From the NCBI GenBank assembly GCA_964513645.1, contig CAZENF010000004.1, positions 1-58,406 on the forward strand: a DNA stretch of 58,406 nt, in the 5' to 3' direction. Origin of the DNA: an uncultured Candidatus Saccharibacteria bacterium (lineage in GTDB: Bacteria > Patescibacteriota > Minisyncoccia > 2-02-FULL-40-12 > GWA2-44-9). Below are positions 1-11,166 of this stretch, piece after piece. Positions within the stretch are counted from its first letter, which is position 1. Each line of letters starts with the position of its first letter. The notes beneath the pieces are model-generated. The model did no database searches. It was not told the DNA's origin and worked only from the letters and a program-made list of their open reading frames with translations. Both the position numbers and the translations under genes were made by a program.

Positions 1-2899
<2,899 letters not shown>

Positions 2900-2979
2900 C
2901 GATCTCTGAGTAATGTCCACGCAATTTCTTATTGTTGATTATTTTAATTTAATTACCCGCTAACATATGAGGCTTCTTT

Positions 2980-3118
2980 TAAGACAATTCTTTCTGCTGC
3001 AATTTTCATATTTGGGCTACGACTTTGATAAAATTTTTCGACATAGCACCGCTATGCCTCAAAATTTTATCTTCGTCTCGCATCAAATCTGAAAATTTCG
3101 CTACGAAAGATTATCTTA
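2980..3118 (-). other. ~139-nt imperfect long hairpin in the 23S 5' leader
   Basis: The left arm TAAGACAATTCTTTCTGCTGCAATTTTCATATTTG...GATAAAATTTTTCGACATAGC mirrors the right arm GCTATGCCTCAAAATTTTATC...CAAATCTGAAAATTTCGCTACGAAAGATTATCTTA. The centre is ACC at 3048-3050. Confidence 0.5.
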
Positions 3119-3164
3119 CAAGAAACCTATTTATAAATTTGCTTGCATTAACTGCCAGTGACTA

Positions 3165-3193
3165 ACTTTATTAAATCAGTCATCGAAAGTCAA
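3165..3193 (-). promoter_or_regulatory. Weak promoter candidate, TTGACT-17-TAAAGT
   Basis: rc 3188-3193 is TTGACT, followed by a 17-nt spacer and rc 3165-3170 TAAAGT. It lies downstream of the terminator and upstream of 23S. Confidence 0.25.
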
Positions 3194-3212
3194 TGTCTTA
3201 AAAATACCCTAT

Positions 3213-3240
3213 AAAAACGAAAAACCGCTCTAAGCGGCTC
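3213..3240 (-). terminator. Intrinsic terminator-like hairpin between map and 23S
   Basis: The minus strand reads GAGCCGCT-TAG-AGCGG followed by TTTTTCGTTTTT. An upstream AAGCGGCT (rc 3306-3313) can pair with the 5' arm instead. Confidence 0.6.
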
Positions 3241-3358
3241 TGATAATACGCCCACCCTCCTAATTTTTTTCAAAATTTAGGCGGGCAAGAAAAATGGACG
3301 TTTTCAGCCGCTTGTTTGTTTGGTTTTTATGTAAGTATTCATTTACTTTTGTAGCTGT

Positions 3359-3388
3359 ATTATAGCAAATCAGGTATCCACAAGTCAA
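3359..3388 (-). promoter_or_regulatory. Near-consensus sigma70-type promoter, TTGACT-18-TATAAT
   Basis: rc 3383-3388 is TTGACT, rc 3359-3364 is TATAAT, and the spacer is 18 nt. It starts 10 nt after the map stop codon and points toward 23S. Confidence 0.5.
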
Positions 3389-3397
3389 GAGGCTAAA

Positions 3398-4162
3398 TTA
3401 TAGGGCCGTCAGAACCTTTGGTCCTTTTTCTGTGATAGCAATTGTGTGTTCGAAATGGGCGGCAAGTGAACCGTCTTTGGTTTGAAAAACAAATCCATCC
3501 GGACCTTCTTTTGTCCGCCAGTTACCGGTCACAACCATCGGCTCAATCGCGATAACCATGCCGGGTTTAAGCGTTTCTCCTTCTCCGGCTTTGCCATAAT
3601 TAGGAACCTGAGGAGATTCGTGAAGTTCTTTACCTATTCCATGGCCGACCAGTTCTCTCACAACACCGAAACCGTTTTTCTCGATATGTTTTTGGATTGA
3701 TGAACCGATATCGCCCGTCTTCTTACCTGGTTTAGCTTCTTTTATTCCTATCTCGAGCGCCTCTCTCGTTATACGGATAAGTTTTTTCTTGAGCAAAGTT
3801 TTTTTATCTAATGATAACCCGCCTCCAACCAGAACTGTTACTGCGGAATCTGTGTTAAACCCCTTGAACAAAACTCCCATATCCAATTTTATAATGTCTC
3901 CTTTTTTTAATTCCCTCTCAGAAGGAACACCATGAACTATTTCGTCGTTAACTGAAGTACACAAGACTGCAGGGAAACCGTTATAATCTAAGAAAGCGGA
4001 CCTTGCTCCAAATTTAAAAACAAGCTCTTTGGCGAGCTTTTCTAAATCGAGAGTGGTAATGCCCGGTTTGGCCTTAGCAGATAATTCTTTTAGAATTTCT
4101 GCCAAGATCTTTCCGCCCTCACGCATTACTTCTATTTCTTTTTCCGATTTTATTTTTATCAT
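3398..4162 (-). CDS. map: Methionine aminopeptidase type I
   Basis: 254-aa ORF with the MetAP fold signature (...DEIVHG..., ...GHGIGKELHE..., ...IEPM...). It is the last gene of the spc-type cluster and overlaps adk by 4 nt. Confidence 0.9.
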   Translation of the reverse strand: MIKIKSEKEIEVMREGGKILAEILKELSAKAKPGITTLDLEKLAKELVFKFGARSAFLDYNGFPAVLCTSVNDEIVHGVPSERELKKGDIIKLDMGVLFKGFNTDSAVTVLVGGGLSLDKKTLLKKKLIRITREALEIGIKEAKPGKKTGDIGSSIQKHIEKNGFGVVRELVGHGIGKELHESPQVPNYGKAGEGETLKPGMVIAIEPMVVTGNWRTKEGPDGFVFQTKDGSLAAHFEHTIAITEKGPKVLTAL

Positions 4163-4839
4163 TCTTCGTTCAGTCCTTTTAATATATCTTCCTGAACCTC
4201 ATCTATCGCCTGTTCACCTTCCACTTCAACTATCTTGTATCCTCTTTCTTCCAAAAATGAAAGTATCGGCTGGGTCCGTCTTAAATAAACTTCGTATCTG
4301 ACTCCGATGGTTTCCGGAGTGTCGAGCTCGCGCTTCAAAAGCAGACTTCCATCCTTAGGACAGGTTGTAATATCTTTGAACATCGGGAAATCCGGTATTG
4401 TATGCCGGTTGGCCTGACAAATCCGGCGGCCTGAATTCCTTTTTATAGATTCTTCTTTGGTCAAATTTAAGTGAACAACTTTTACGTTATTTTTCCCGAA
4501 ATATTCCTCAAAAGCCGGAACCTCTTGTTCCGCTTCATACATCGTCCTTGGGTTACCACTTAAAACAACGCCGATGCCCTTATCAGCCATGTTCTTGATC
4601 TTTTCGAGAGTCCACTGAACGATAACTTCAGGCGTCATCAATTCTCCCGACTGCCATATTTTTTTCTCTCTCTTGATTATCTCGTCGTTAGGATCTGAAT
4701 TTTTAAATTTGTCTTCGATGACCTGGGATATCTCAAAATGGACCAAATTCAACTTCTCGGCCAACAATTCCGCCTGTGTCCCCTTTCCCGAACCCGGAGG
4801 CCCGATTAGAAGTATTGCCATTTTTTTGGTCAGTGCCAT
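4159..4839 (-). CDS. adk: Adenylate kinase
   Basis: P-loop LIGPPGSGKGTQ, a LID region with Cys residues, and position after secY. The start could instead be the internal MAILLIG. Confidence 0.9.
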   Translation of the reverse strand: MALTKKMAILLIGPPGSGKGTQAELLAEKLNLVHFEISQVIEDKFKNSDPNDEIIKREKKIWQSGELMTPEVIVQWTLEKIKNMADKGIGVVLSGNPRTMYEAEQEVPAFEEYFGKNNVKVVHLNLTKEESIKRNSGRRICQANRHTIPDFPMFKDITTCPKDGSLLLKRELDTPETIGVRYEVYLRRTQPILSFLEERGYKIVEVEGEQAIDEVQEDILKGLNEE

Positions 4840-4845
4840 GGTTAG

Positions 4846-4874
4846 TTTATAATAACATTTTTAATTAAAACCAA
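4846..4874 (-). promoter_or_regulatory. Promoter candidate TTGGTT-17-TATAAA, 6 nt before the adk ATG
   Basis: rc 4869-4874 is TTGGTT and rc 4846-4851 is TATAAA, followed by CTAACC and then ATG. This would make the mRNA leaderless. Confidence 0.3.
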
Positions 4875-4897
4875 AAAACCGCTTGGAAGCGGTTTTT
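4873..4897 (-). terminator. Intrinsic terminator after secY
   Basis: The minus strand reads AAAAACCGCTTCCAAGCGGTTTTTTGG, directly after the secY stop. Confidence 0.6.
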
Positions 4898-4909
4898 CTA
4901 TCCTCAAAA

Positions 4910-6169
4910 TTAATACTCGTACATCGAAAGCTGGGCATCAACCTGTTTCATTATTTCTATCGCCACAGAGACAACGATTAGAATCGAAGTGCCGCCGATA
5001 GTAAAGGCCTGGATACCGGTATAACCTTTTACAATGTTGGGCAAGATAGCAATGACGCCTAAGAATATCGCTCCGACAAGAGTAACTCGGTTCAGCAAAT
5101 GTGTCAGAAACTGGGCAGTCGAAGGACCGGGTCTGATGCCTGGAATATAACCTCCCTGTTTCTGGATATTTTCAGAAATAGAACCCGGGTCAAAAGTAAC
5201 TGCGGTATAGAAATAGGTAAAGACAACCACCAAAATAAAGTAAAATATCGAATACCAAAGATTCGATTGTAAAAATTCGTTAACTTTTATAGAAATTGCC
5301 GAAATGTAAGGGATGTGATAGGCAGCCAAGAAATTAACGACCATTCCCGGAAAAAGTAAAATCGATAAAGCAAAGATTATCGGAATAACACCGGCATTAT
5401 TGACCCTCATCGGAAGGTAGGTCGAAACTCCGCCGTAAACTTTTGAGCCCCTGATACGTCGGGCATAATTTATGGGAATATTTCTCTGGGCCTCGGAAAT
5501 ATAAATTACACCGACGATAACTGCCAGAGCAACAAGGATAAAAGCAACATAAGTGAAAAGTTGGTCGGCACTGTACGTGAAGGCGGCCTGCTTGATATTC
5601 GTCGGGAACCTCGCAACAATACCTGACAAGATAAGAAGCGAAACGCCATTGCCAAGATTTTTTTCAGTAATAAGCTCGCCAAGCCACATCAAAAACACGC
5701 TTCCGGCCGTAACCGTAGCAATCGTGGCTATCCAGTCGAGAGTGCTCAACTGCCCGATAACGCCCTGACGTGATAAGAGGGTTAAAAATCCAAAACTCTG
5801 AAGCATTGCCAACGGCACGGTGATAATTCTTGAATACTGATTGAATTTCGCCCTGCCAGCTTCGCCCTCATATTTATACATTTGTTCAAGCTGAGGAAAT
5901 ATCATGGTCAAAAGCTGCATAATAATAGATGAGGTGATATAAGGACCCAGGCCGAGCATTCCGATAGATAATGCGGTCAAAGAACCACCGGTGAAAGCGC
6001 TGACCAGACCGAAGAACTGGTTCTGGGCAAAAAATTCTCTTAAATGAGTAGCATCGACGGCCGGAATCGGAACATTGGAAATTATTCTGAAAACTAAAAG
6101 TAAAGACAGAATAAAAATAACTTTGTTCCTTAACTCGGGTCTTTTAAAAATTTGTAAGATCTTGTCCAT
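4910..6169 (-). CDS. secY: Preprotein translocase subunit SecY
   Basis: 419-aa polytopic membrane ORF in the canonical position after rplO. Confidence 0.93.
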   Translation of the reverse strand: MDKILQIFKRPELRNKVIFILSLLLVFRIISNVPIPAVDATHLREFFAQNQFFGLVSAFTGGSLTALSIGMLGLGPYITSSIIMQLLTMIFPQLEQMYKYEGEAGRAKFNQYSRIITVPLAMLQSFGFLTLLSRQGVIGQLSTLDWIATIATVTAGSVFLMWLGELITEKNLGNGVSLLILSGIVARFPTNIKQAAFTYSADQLFTYVAFILVALAVIVGVIYISEAQRNIPINYARRIRGSKVYGGVSTYLPMRVNNAGVIPIIFALSILLFPGMVVNFLAAYHIPYISAISIKVNEFLQSNLWYSIFYFILVVVFTYFYTAVTFDPGSISENIQKQGGYIPGIRPGPSTAQFLTHLLNRVTLVGAIFLGVIAILPNIVKGYTGIQAFTIGGTSILIVVSVAIEIMKQVDAQLSMYEY

Positions 6170-6176
6170 TAATATT

Positions 6177-6650
6177 TTACTTAATACTTCCTCCGGCCTT
6201 TGAAACCTTCATCTTAGCCTTTTTTGAAAATTCCAAACCTTGAAAATTTATCTTTCCTTTTATCTCACCGTCGCCCAAAACTTTCACCCTGTCTTTGGGA
6301 TCGGCTAAATAGCCCTTTTTATTTAACAATTCTGGATTAACAATTTCTTCTGTAGTGAATTGGTTAAAAAATCCCAAATTAAATACCGTCGGCTTTTCAT
6401 GCCTCAACTGGTAATAGCGATGCTTTTTATGCGCTCCTTTTCCGCCTGGCTTTTTTGAAGCTCCTCTATTCTTCGGAAAGAGTTGCCAAATTCGATTATC
6501 GCCGCCACGAAATCCAGCCTTAACCCCGGCTCCAGCGCGTGACTTTTGGCCTTTGGTTCCACCGCCGGATGAAAAACCTCTTTTTCCTCCGCGACCAACA
6601 CGCTTAATTGATTTCCGTAAAGTTTTTGGTTGTAATCTGCTTAAATCCAT
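6177..6650 (-). CDS. rplO: 50S ribosomal protein L15
   Basis: G/R/K-rich N-terminal region (GRGGKRGFSSGGGTKGQKSRAG) and operon position. Confidence 0.9.
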   Translation of the reverse strand: MDLSRLQPKTLRKSIKRVGRGGKRGFSSGGGTKGQKSRAGAGVKAGFRGGDNRIWQLFPKNRGASKKPGGKGAHKKHRYYQLRHEKPTVFNLGFFNQFTTEEIVNPELLNKKGYLADPKDRVKVLGDGEIKGKINFQGLEFSKKAKMKVSKAGGSIK

Positions 6651-6653
6651 GTT

Positions 6654-7253
6654 TTAAGATTTAGGATTTTGATTATTAGTACTGACTTGGGGTTTAACTC
6701 TTATTTTTTTCAAAGCCTCAAGAGTAGCTCGGGCGATATTTATCTTGTTGTTGGTCCTTTCGATAAGCTTACCGGTCAAACCTTTTAACCCCGCTAATTT
6801 AGCAACGACACGTACCGGACCGCCGGCCTTAACCCCGCCTTGAGCTGGTTTTAACAAAACTACTGCGCTGTGGAATTTTGATTCTACCTGATAAGGAATA
6901 GTTCCGCTAACTATTGGTACGGTGATGAGATTCTTTTTTGCACGGTTAAAAGCTTTTTGCATCGACTGGGCAACATCTATCCCCTTGCCGATACCGAAAC
7001 CGACTTTAGATTTGCCGTCGCCGATAACGATAGCTGTTCTGAAGCTAAAGCGTTTTCCGCCTTTAGTAACCCTGGTTACCCTGGCGATATCCAAAACTTT
7101 CTGATCGTATTCTGATTTGGCTTCCCGGGAACCGTCAAACTTGCGGCCGCCCCGCCTGTCTCCGCCCCCACGGCCACGTCTGAATCCGCCCTGTCCTTGT
7201 CCTCCGCCGAATGATCTCGCTCCAACTGAATTGTTTTGATTATTTTGTTCCAT
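6654..7253 (-). CDS. rpsE: 30S ribosomal protein S5 with a G/R-rich N-terminal extension
   Basis: Core VTRVTKGGKRFSF...GFGIGKG, sitting between rplR and rplO. Only 3 nt separate it from rplO, so there is no rpmD. Confidence 0.92.
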   Translation of the reverse strand: MEQNNQNNSVGARSFGGGQGQGGFRRGRGGGDRRGGRKFDGSREAKSEYDQKVLDIARVTRVTKGGKRFSFRTAIVIGDGKSKVGFGIGKGIDVAQSMQKAFNRAKKNLITVPIVSGTIPYQVESKFHSAVVLLKPAQGGVKAGGPVRVVAKLAGLKGLTGKLIERTNNKINIARATLEALKKIRVKPQVSTNNQNPKS

Positions 7254-7255
7254 AA

Positions 7256-7615
7256 TTAAAATTTAAGTCCACCAGCCCGTAAACCATCAGCTAATGACTT
7301 GACCCGGCCATGATATTTATAACCGCCGCGGTCAAAGATAACCTCGGTGATACCTGCTTCTTTTGCTCTTTTGGCCAAACCCTCGCCTATCTTCTGAGCA
7401 GATTCTGATTTTTTTGATTTTGAAGCAGATTTTTTTCCGGAATGAGCCTGACTGCTGACTATTGTTTTACCCGAAGAATCATCTACTAACTGGACAAAAA
7501 GGTATCTATTGCTTTTGAAGACGGAAACCCGGGGACGCTCTTTGGTGCCCAAAACTCTCGCCCGTACTCGCTTGTGACGCATTTTTCTGTTAAGTTTTTT
7601 CTTTTTGTTATTCAT
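7256..7615 (-). CDS. rplR: 50S ribosomal protein L18
   Basis: 119 aa with C-terminal DRGGYKYHGRVKSLADGLRAGGLKF. Confidence 0.92.
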   Translation of the reverse strand: MNNKKKKLNRKMRHKRVRARVLGTKERPRVSVFKSNRYLFVQLVDDSSGKTIVSSQAHSGKKSASKSKKSESAQKIGEGLAKRAKEAGITEVIFDRGGYKYHGRVKSLADGLRAGGLKF

Positions 7616-7625
7616 ATCATTAATT

Positions 7626-8165
7626 CTATGCTCCGGCTGTTGCCGCTTTCTTTCCGGCCTTTCTTATCAGAACCTCACCCGAATATTTTATACCGCTGCC
7701 TTTGTAGGGTTCAGGTAATCTTTTTGATTTTATTTCAGCTGCAAAGTGGCCGATAAGTTCTTTGTCTATACCGCTTATCTTAATTACGCTTTTTTCGATC
7801 TTAACAGTTAATCCGGCCGGAATAGCGATTGATATCGGGTGTGAATATCCTAAATTAAGTTCCAAATTATCTCCCTTAACATTGGCCTTATAGCCGACCC
7901 CTTCAAATTCCAATGCTTTTTCAAAACCTTCGGTAACACCTTTGACCATATTCGATAGCAAAGCCCGGGTTAATCCCCAAAGTGATCTTTCTGCACCATC
8001 CTTCAAAGAGACGGATAATTTGTCGCCTTCAACTGAAACATTAACCGAACTGTTTAATTTGAACCTCAACTCCCCTTTTGGACCTTTGACTGAAACCAAA
8101 CCACCGCTGACATCAACATCAACGCCTTTGGGAATTTGAATTATTTTTTTTCCGATTTTACTCAT
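7626..8165 (-). CDS. rplF: 50S ribosomal protein L6
   Basis: 179 aa starting MSKIGKKIIQIPKGVDV, plus the ...YKGSGIKY... motif. Confidence 0.92.
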   Translation of the reverse strand: MSKIGKKIIQIPKGVDVDVSGGLVSVKGPKGELRFKLNSSVNVSVEGDKLSVSLKDGAERSLWGLTRALLSNMVKGVTEGFEKALEFEGVGYKANVKGDNLELNLGYSHPISIAIPAGLTVKIEKSVIKISGIDKELIGHFAAEIKSKRLPEPYKGSGIKYSGEVLIRKAGKKAATAGA

Positions 8166-8269
8166 AATTGTTGATTATATTCGGCCTGCTGACCTAAGTA
8201 CTTCCTACGTTCACTCTGCTGAGTTCAGTACTCCTTCGCCACAGCTCAGTCGTCGCTCACGCTCGGTCG
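8166..8269 (-). other. GC-rich 104-nt spacer between rpsH and rplF
   Basis: Markedly more GC-rich than its flanks. It contains repeated AGTACT cores and the strings GTACTTCCTACG and AGTACTCCTTCGCC, which resemble parts of the TIR-element family. Confidence 0.4.
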
Positions 8270-8674
8270 CTACCAGATCTCAAACAACATTTCTCCGCCC
8301 AAACCTTGCTTCTTCGCATCCTTGGAACTCATCACGCCCTTGGAAGTAGAAATTATTCCTATCCCATACCCAGATCTGATGGACTTAAGCTCGCTCGCCT
8401 TTACATACATATGTCTCGACGGACGACTTATAAGTTTGAAACCGCTGATTGCCGGTGTCTTATCTTCGGCATATTTTAAGGAAACGAACAAATACTGTAT
8501 CTCGCTTTTTTTGCCCTTTTTCGTCCTTTTTTCAATATCGCTTATCATACCGCTGTCTTTTAAAATTTTAGCGATGCTAAACTTCATATTAGAAGCCGGA
8601 ACCGAAACATGCTCTTTGCCTACGGCTTGAGCATTCTTGATCTGTACTAACATGTCGCCTATTGGATAACTCAT
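8270..8674 (-). CDS. rpsH: 30S ribosomal protein S8
   Basis: 134 aa starting DMLVQIKNAQ and ending ...GGEMLFEIW. Confidence 0.92.
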   Translation of the reverse strand: MSYPIGDMLVQIKNAQAVGKEHVSVPASNMKFSIAKILKDSGMISDIEKRTKKGKKSEIQYLFVSLKYAEDKTPAISGFKLISRPSRHMYVKASELKSIRSGYGIGIISTSKGVMSSKDAKKQGLGGEMLFEIW

Positions 8675-8708
8675 GATGATTTATTTGGTGATTTTGATTC
8701 AAAAAAAC

Positions 8709-8894
8709 TTACCAGCTTGATTTCTTAACTCCCGGCAATAAACCCTGGCTAGCCAGCTCCCGGAAATGAATTCTGCACAAACCGAACCTTCTCATATATC
8801 CGCCTTTGCGGCCGCAAAGAAAACAGCGCCTAACAAGCCGGCTTGAGAATTTCGGCTTTTTATTTGAACGTGCAATTGTGCTTTTTTTCGCCAT
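8709..8894 (-). CDS. rpsN: 30S ribosomal protein S14, short zinc-type form
   Basis: 61 aa with [25 protein letters not shown]...LPGVKKSSW. Confidence 0.9.
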   Translation of the reverse strand: MAKKSTIARSNKKPKFSSRLVRRCFLCGRKGGYMRRFGLCRIHFRELASQGLLPGVKKSSW

Positions 8895-8906
8895 ATCTTC
8901 GATGTT

Positions 8907-9449
8907 TTATTTTTTAAACGGGAAGCCCATTAATTTTAACAGCTCCATTCCTTGTTCTTTGTTTTTTGCAGTTGTGACAACCGTTATCTCCAAACCGAAT
9001 ATATCCTTCAAACTTTCGTAATGTATCTCAGGAAAAATACTGTGTTCTTTGACACCAAAGTTTAAATTCCCATATTTATCAAAATTCTTAGGATCAATAC
9101 CCCTGAAATCCTTTGAACGCGGCAAGGCAACATGAATGAACCGGTCAAGAAAATCATACATTCTTTTACCTCGAAGTGTGGTCATAAGACCGATATTCAT
9201 TCCCTGCCTCGACTTGAAACCTGAAATTGACTGCTTTGCTTTTCTAAAAATCGGCTTTTGGCCCGACAAAAGACCAATATCGCGAATTATCTTCTCGATA
9301 AATTTGTCTTCCTTCGCTACACGCCCGATACCGACATTTATTACAACCTTGGTTATCCTCGGTACGGCCATAACGTTCTCAATGCCAAACTTCTTCTGCA
9401 TCGCAGGGAGGACATCTTTTCTGTATTTTGTTAATAAATTTACAGACAT
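8907..9449 (-). CDS. rplE: 50S ribosomal protein L5
   Basis: 180 aa, operon position, and the NFGVKEHSIFPEI motif. Confidence 0.92.
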   Translation of the reverse strand: MSVNLLTKYRKDVLPAMQKKFGIENVMAVPRITKVVINVGIGRVAKEDKFIEKIIRDIGLLSGQKPIFRKAKQSISGFKSRQGMNIGLMTTLRGKRMYDFLDRFIHVALPRSKDFRGIDPKNFDKYGNLNFGVKEHSIFPEIHYESLKDIFGLEITVVTTAKNKEQGMELLKLMGFPFKK

Positions 9450-9452
9450 ATA

Positions 9453-9758
9453 TTATACTTCACTTTTACACTTTTTACAAATTCTTATTTTATTCTCGCT
9501 CTCGAACTTAAATCCGATCCTGGTCTGTTTTCCGCAAGCTTTGCAAACCAGAGCGACAGAAGAAACTGAAACAGCCCGTTCTTTTGAAACAACCTGGCCT
9601 TTCTGTCCCTGTTGTTTGGCCCGCAAATGTTTTTTGACCAAATTTAAACCTTCAACCACAACCTTGTCCTGGTCAAACAGAACCTTTGTTATCTTTCCCT
9701 TCTTGCCCCTGTCTTTACCGTTAAGCATTATTACATTGTCATTTTTCTTTAATTTCAT
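9453..9758 (-). CDS. rplX: 50S ribosomal protein L24
   Basis: 101 aa with KOW-like KKNDNVIMLNGKDRGKKGKI and a Cys-containing C-terminal region. Confidence 0.9.
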   Translation of the reverse strand: MKLKKNDNVIMLNGKDRGKKGKITKVLFDQDKVVVEGLNLVKKHLRAKQQGQKGQVVSKERAVSVSSVALVCKACGKQTRIGFKFESENKIRICKKCKSEV

Positions 9759-9763
9759 AAATT

Positions 9764-10132
9764 TTAGACCAATTCTTCCGCTAAAGAAGCTATCGTATTA
9801 AAACCTTTTTCTTTAATTTCGCGCGGTATCGGACCGAATATTCTACCGCCTTTTGGTTCGGTACCACCTTCGAGAATAACGACGGCATTGTCGTCAAACC
9901 TAATGTAAGTACCGTCTTTGCGTCGATAAGGATTTCTCTGTCTGACAACCACAGCTTTTAGGACATCTTTCTTTTTAACTACTTTTCTCGGTTCGGCTAC
10001 TTTTACCGAAACTACGACGATATCTCCAAGCTGGGCGTATCGCCGGCGCGAACCTCCAAGCACTTTGAAAACACCGACCTTTTTGGCTCCGGTATTGTCT
10101 GCCACGGTTACAATTGAACGAAGTTGAAGCAT
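9764..10132 (-). CDS. rplN: 50S ribosomal protein L14
   Basis: 122 aa starting MLQLRSIVTVADNTGAKK. Confidence 0.95.
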   Translation of the reverse strand: MLQLRSIVTVADNTGAKKVGVFKVLGGSRRRYAQLGDIVVVSVKVAEPRKVVKKKDVLKAVVVRQRNPYRRKDGTYIRFDDNAVVILEGGTEPKGGRIFGPIPREIKEKGFNTIASLAEELV

Positions 10133-10147
10133 ATTATTGTTTTATAA

Positions 10148-10399
10148 TTAATCGGCCTTGCCGGTAATCTTCCATCTTTTACCTTTCGACATTGGCCTTG
10201 TTTCCTCGATAAAAACTTTGTCTCCGGTATGATAGTGGTTATCAGGATTTTCGGCTTTAAAACCTTTGCTGACTTTGAAATATTTTTTATACTTTCGGTG
10301 TTTCTTGAGCCTTAAAATTTCAACCACAGCAGTTTTCTGCATTTTATCGGAAACAACCACGCCCTTCAGAACTCTGGTTTTTTTATTATTTGATTCCAT
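10148..10399 (-). CDS. rpsQ: 30S ribosomal protein S17
   Basis: 83 aa with [16 protein letters not shown] and operon position. Confidence 0.9.
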   Translation of the reverse strand: MESNNKKTRVLKGVVVSDKMQKTAVVEILRLKKHRKYKKYFKVSKGFKAENPDNHYHTGDKVFIEETRPMSKGKRWKITGKAD

Positions 10400-10400
10400 G

Positions 10401-10589
10401 TTATTTTTTTGTTGATTTAAGCTCGGTCAAAACCCGGGCAATGTCTTTTTTTAATTTTTTGAGCTGGCTTGTATCTTTAACCTTATTGTCAGCCATATCA
10501 AAATTAAGCTTCAAAAGTTTTGTCTTCATCTCGGTCAATAAGTGATTAAGATCATCTTTTGTTCTGTTGTGTAGATCTGCTGGTTTCAT
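10401..10589 (-). CDS. rpmC: 50S ribosomal protein L29
   Basis: Coiled-coil L29-like sequence. I place the start at MKPADL (ATG 10589; MTMKPADL at 10595 is possible). The ORF-track start at 10631 reads into the structured spacer. Confidence 0.85.
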   Translation of the reverse strand: MKPADLHNRTKDDLNHLLTEMKTKLLKLNFDMADNKVKDTSQLKKLKKDIARVLTELKSTKK

Positions 10590-10595
10590 GGTCAT

Positions 10596-10744
10596 CGAGG
10601 GACCCATTAGGTCGCCCGCGAGGGGCCCCATTGTCTAACTCCCTATCTTACTGGCTCCCTCCAGACCGAGCCCTAAGTCTTTATGGGCTCAGGTCTCGAG
10701 AGAGGGACAATGGGGACACGCGTAGGCGACCAAGAGGATCGATG
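10596..10744 (-). other. ~149-nt GC-rich nested-palindrome insert between rplP and rpmC
   Basis: Outer arms are CATCGAGGGACCCATTAGGTCGCCCGCGAGGGGCCCCATTGTC and GACAATGGGGACACGCGTAGGCGACCAAGAGGATCGATG. The inner hairpin is TCCCTCCAGACCGAGCCC-TAAGTCTTTAT-GGGCTCAGGTCTCGAGAGAGGGA. Confidence 0.7.
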
Positions 10745-11152
10745 TTAATGTCTTTTAATTACTCTGGTTTTAATTGGCAATTTATGTCCGGCCATTCTCA
10801 ATGCTTCTTCAGCTGTACCTTCCGAAACACCATCTATTTCAAATATGACGCGGCCAAGTTCTATTGGAACCACGAAGTGAGAAAGTCCACCTTTTCCGCC
10901 GCCCATACCCACTTCGGCGCTCTTAGCTGTTCGAGGTTTATCCGGAAAAACGCGTATCCAAATTTTACCGCCGCGCTGAAAGTATCTGGCCAAAACCTTA
11001 CGGGCAGATTCGAGCTGATTCGATTTAACCCATGAAGCTTCGGTGGCTTTAAGTCCGTAGCTGCCAAAGCTAAGCTCGGTGCCTCTCTTGGCCCGCGTTC
11101 TTAACCTTCCTTTATGAACCTTTGAATGTTGTATTCTTGCTGGTTGAAGCAT
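10745..11152 (-). CDS. rplP: 50S ribosomal protein L16
   Basis: 135 aa starting MLQPARIQHSKVHKGR. Confidence 0.95.
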   Translation of the reverse strand: MLQPARIQHSKVHKGRLRTRAKRGTELSFGSYGLKATEASWVKSNQLESARKVLARYFQRGGKIWIRVFPDKPRTAKSAEVGMGGGKGGLSHFVVPIELGRVIFEIDGVSEGTAEEALRMAGHKLPIKTRVIKRH

Positions 11153-11166
11153 ATTAGTTTGAAAAA

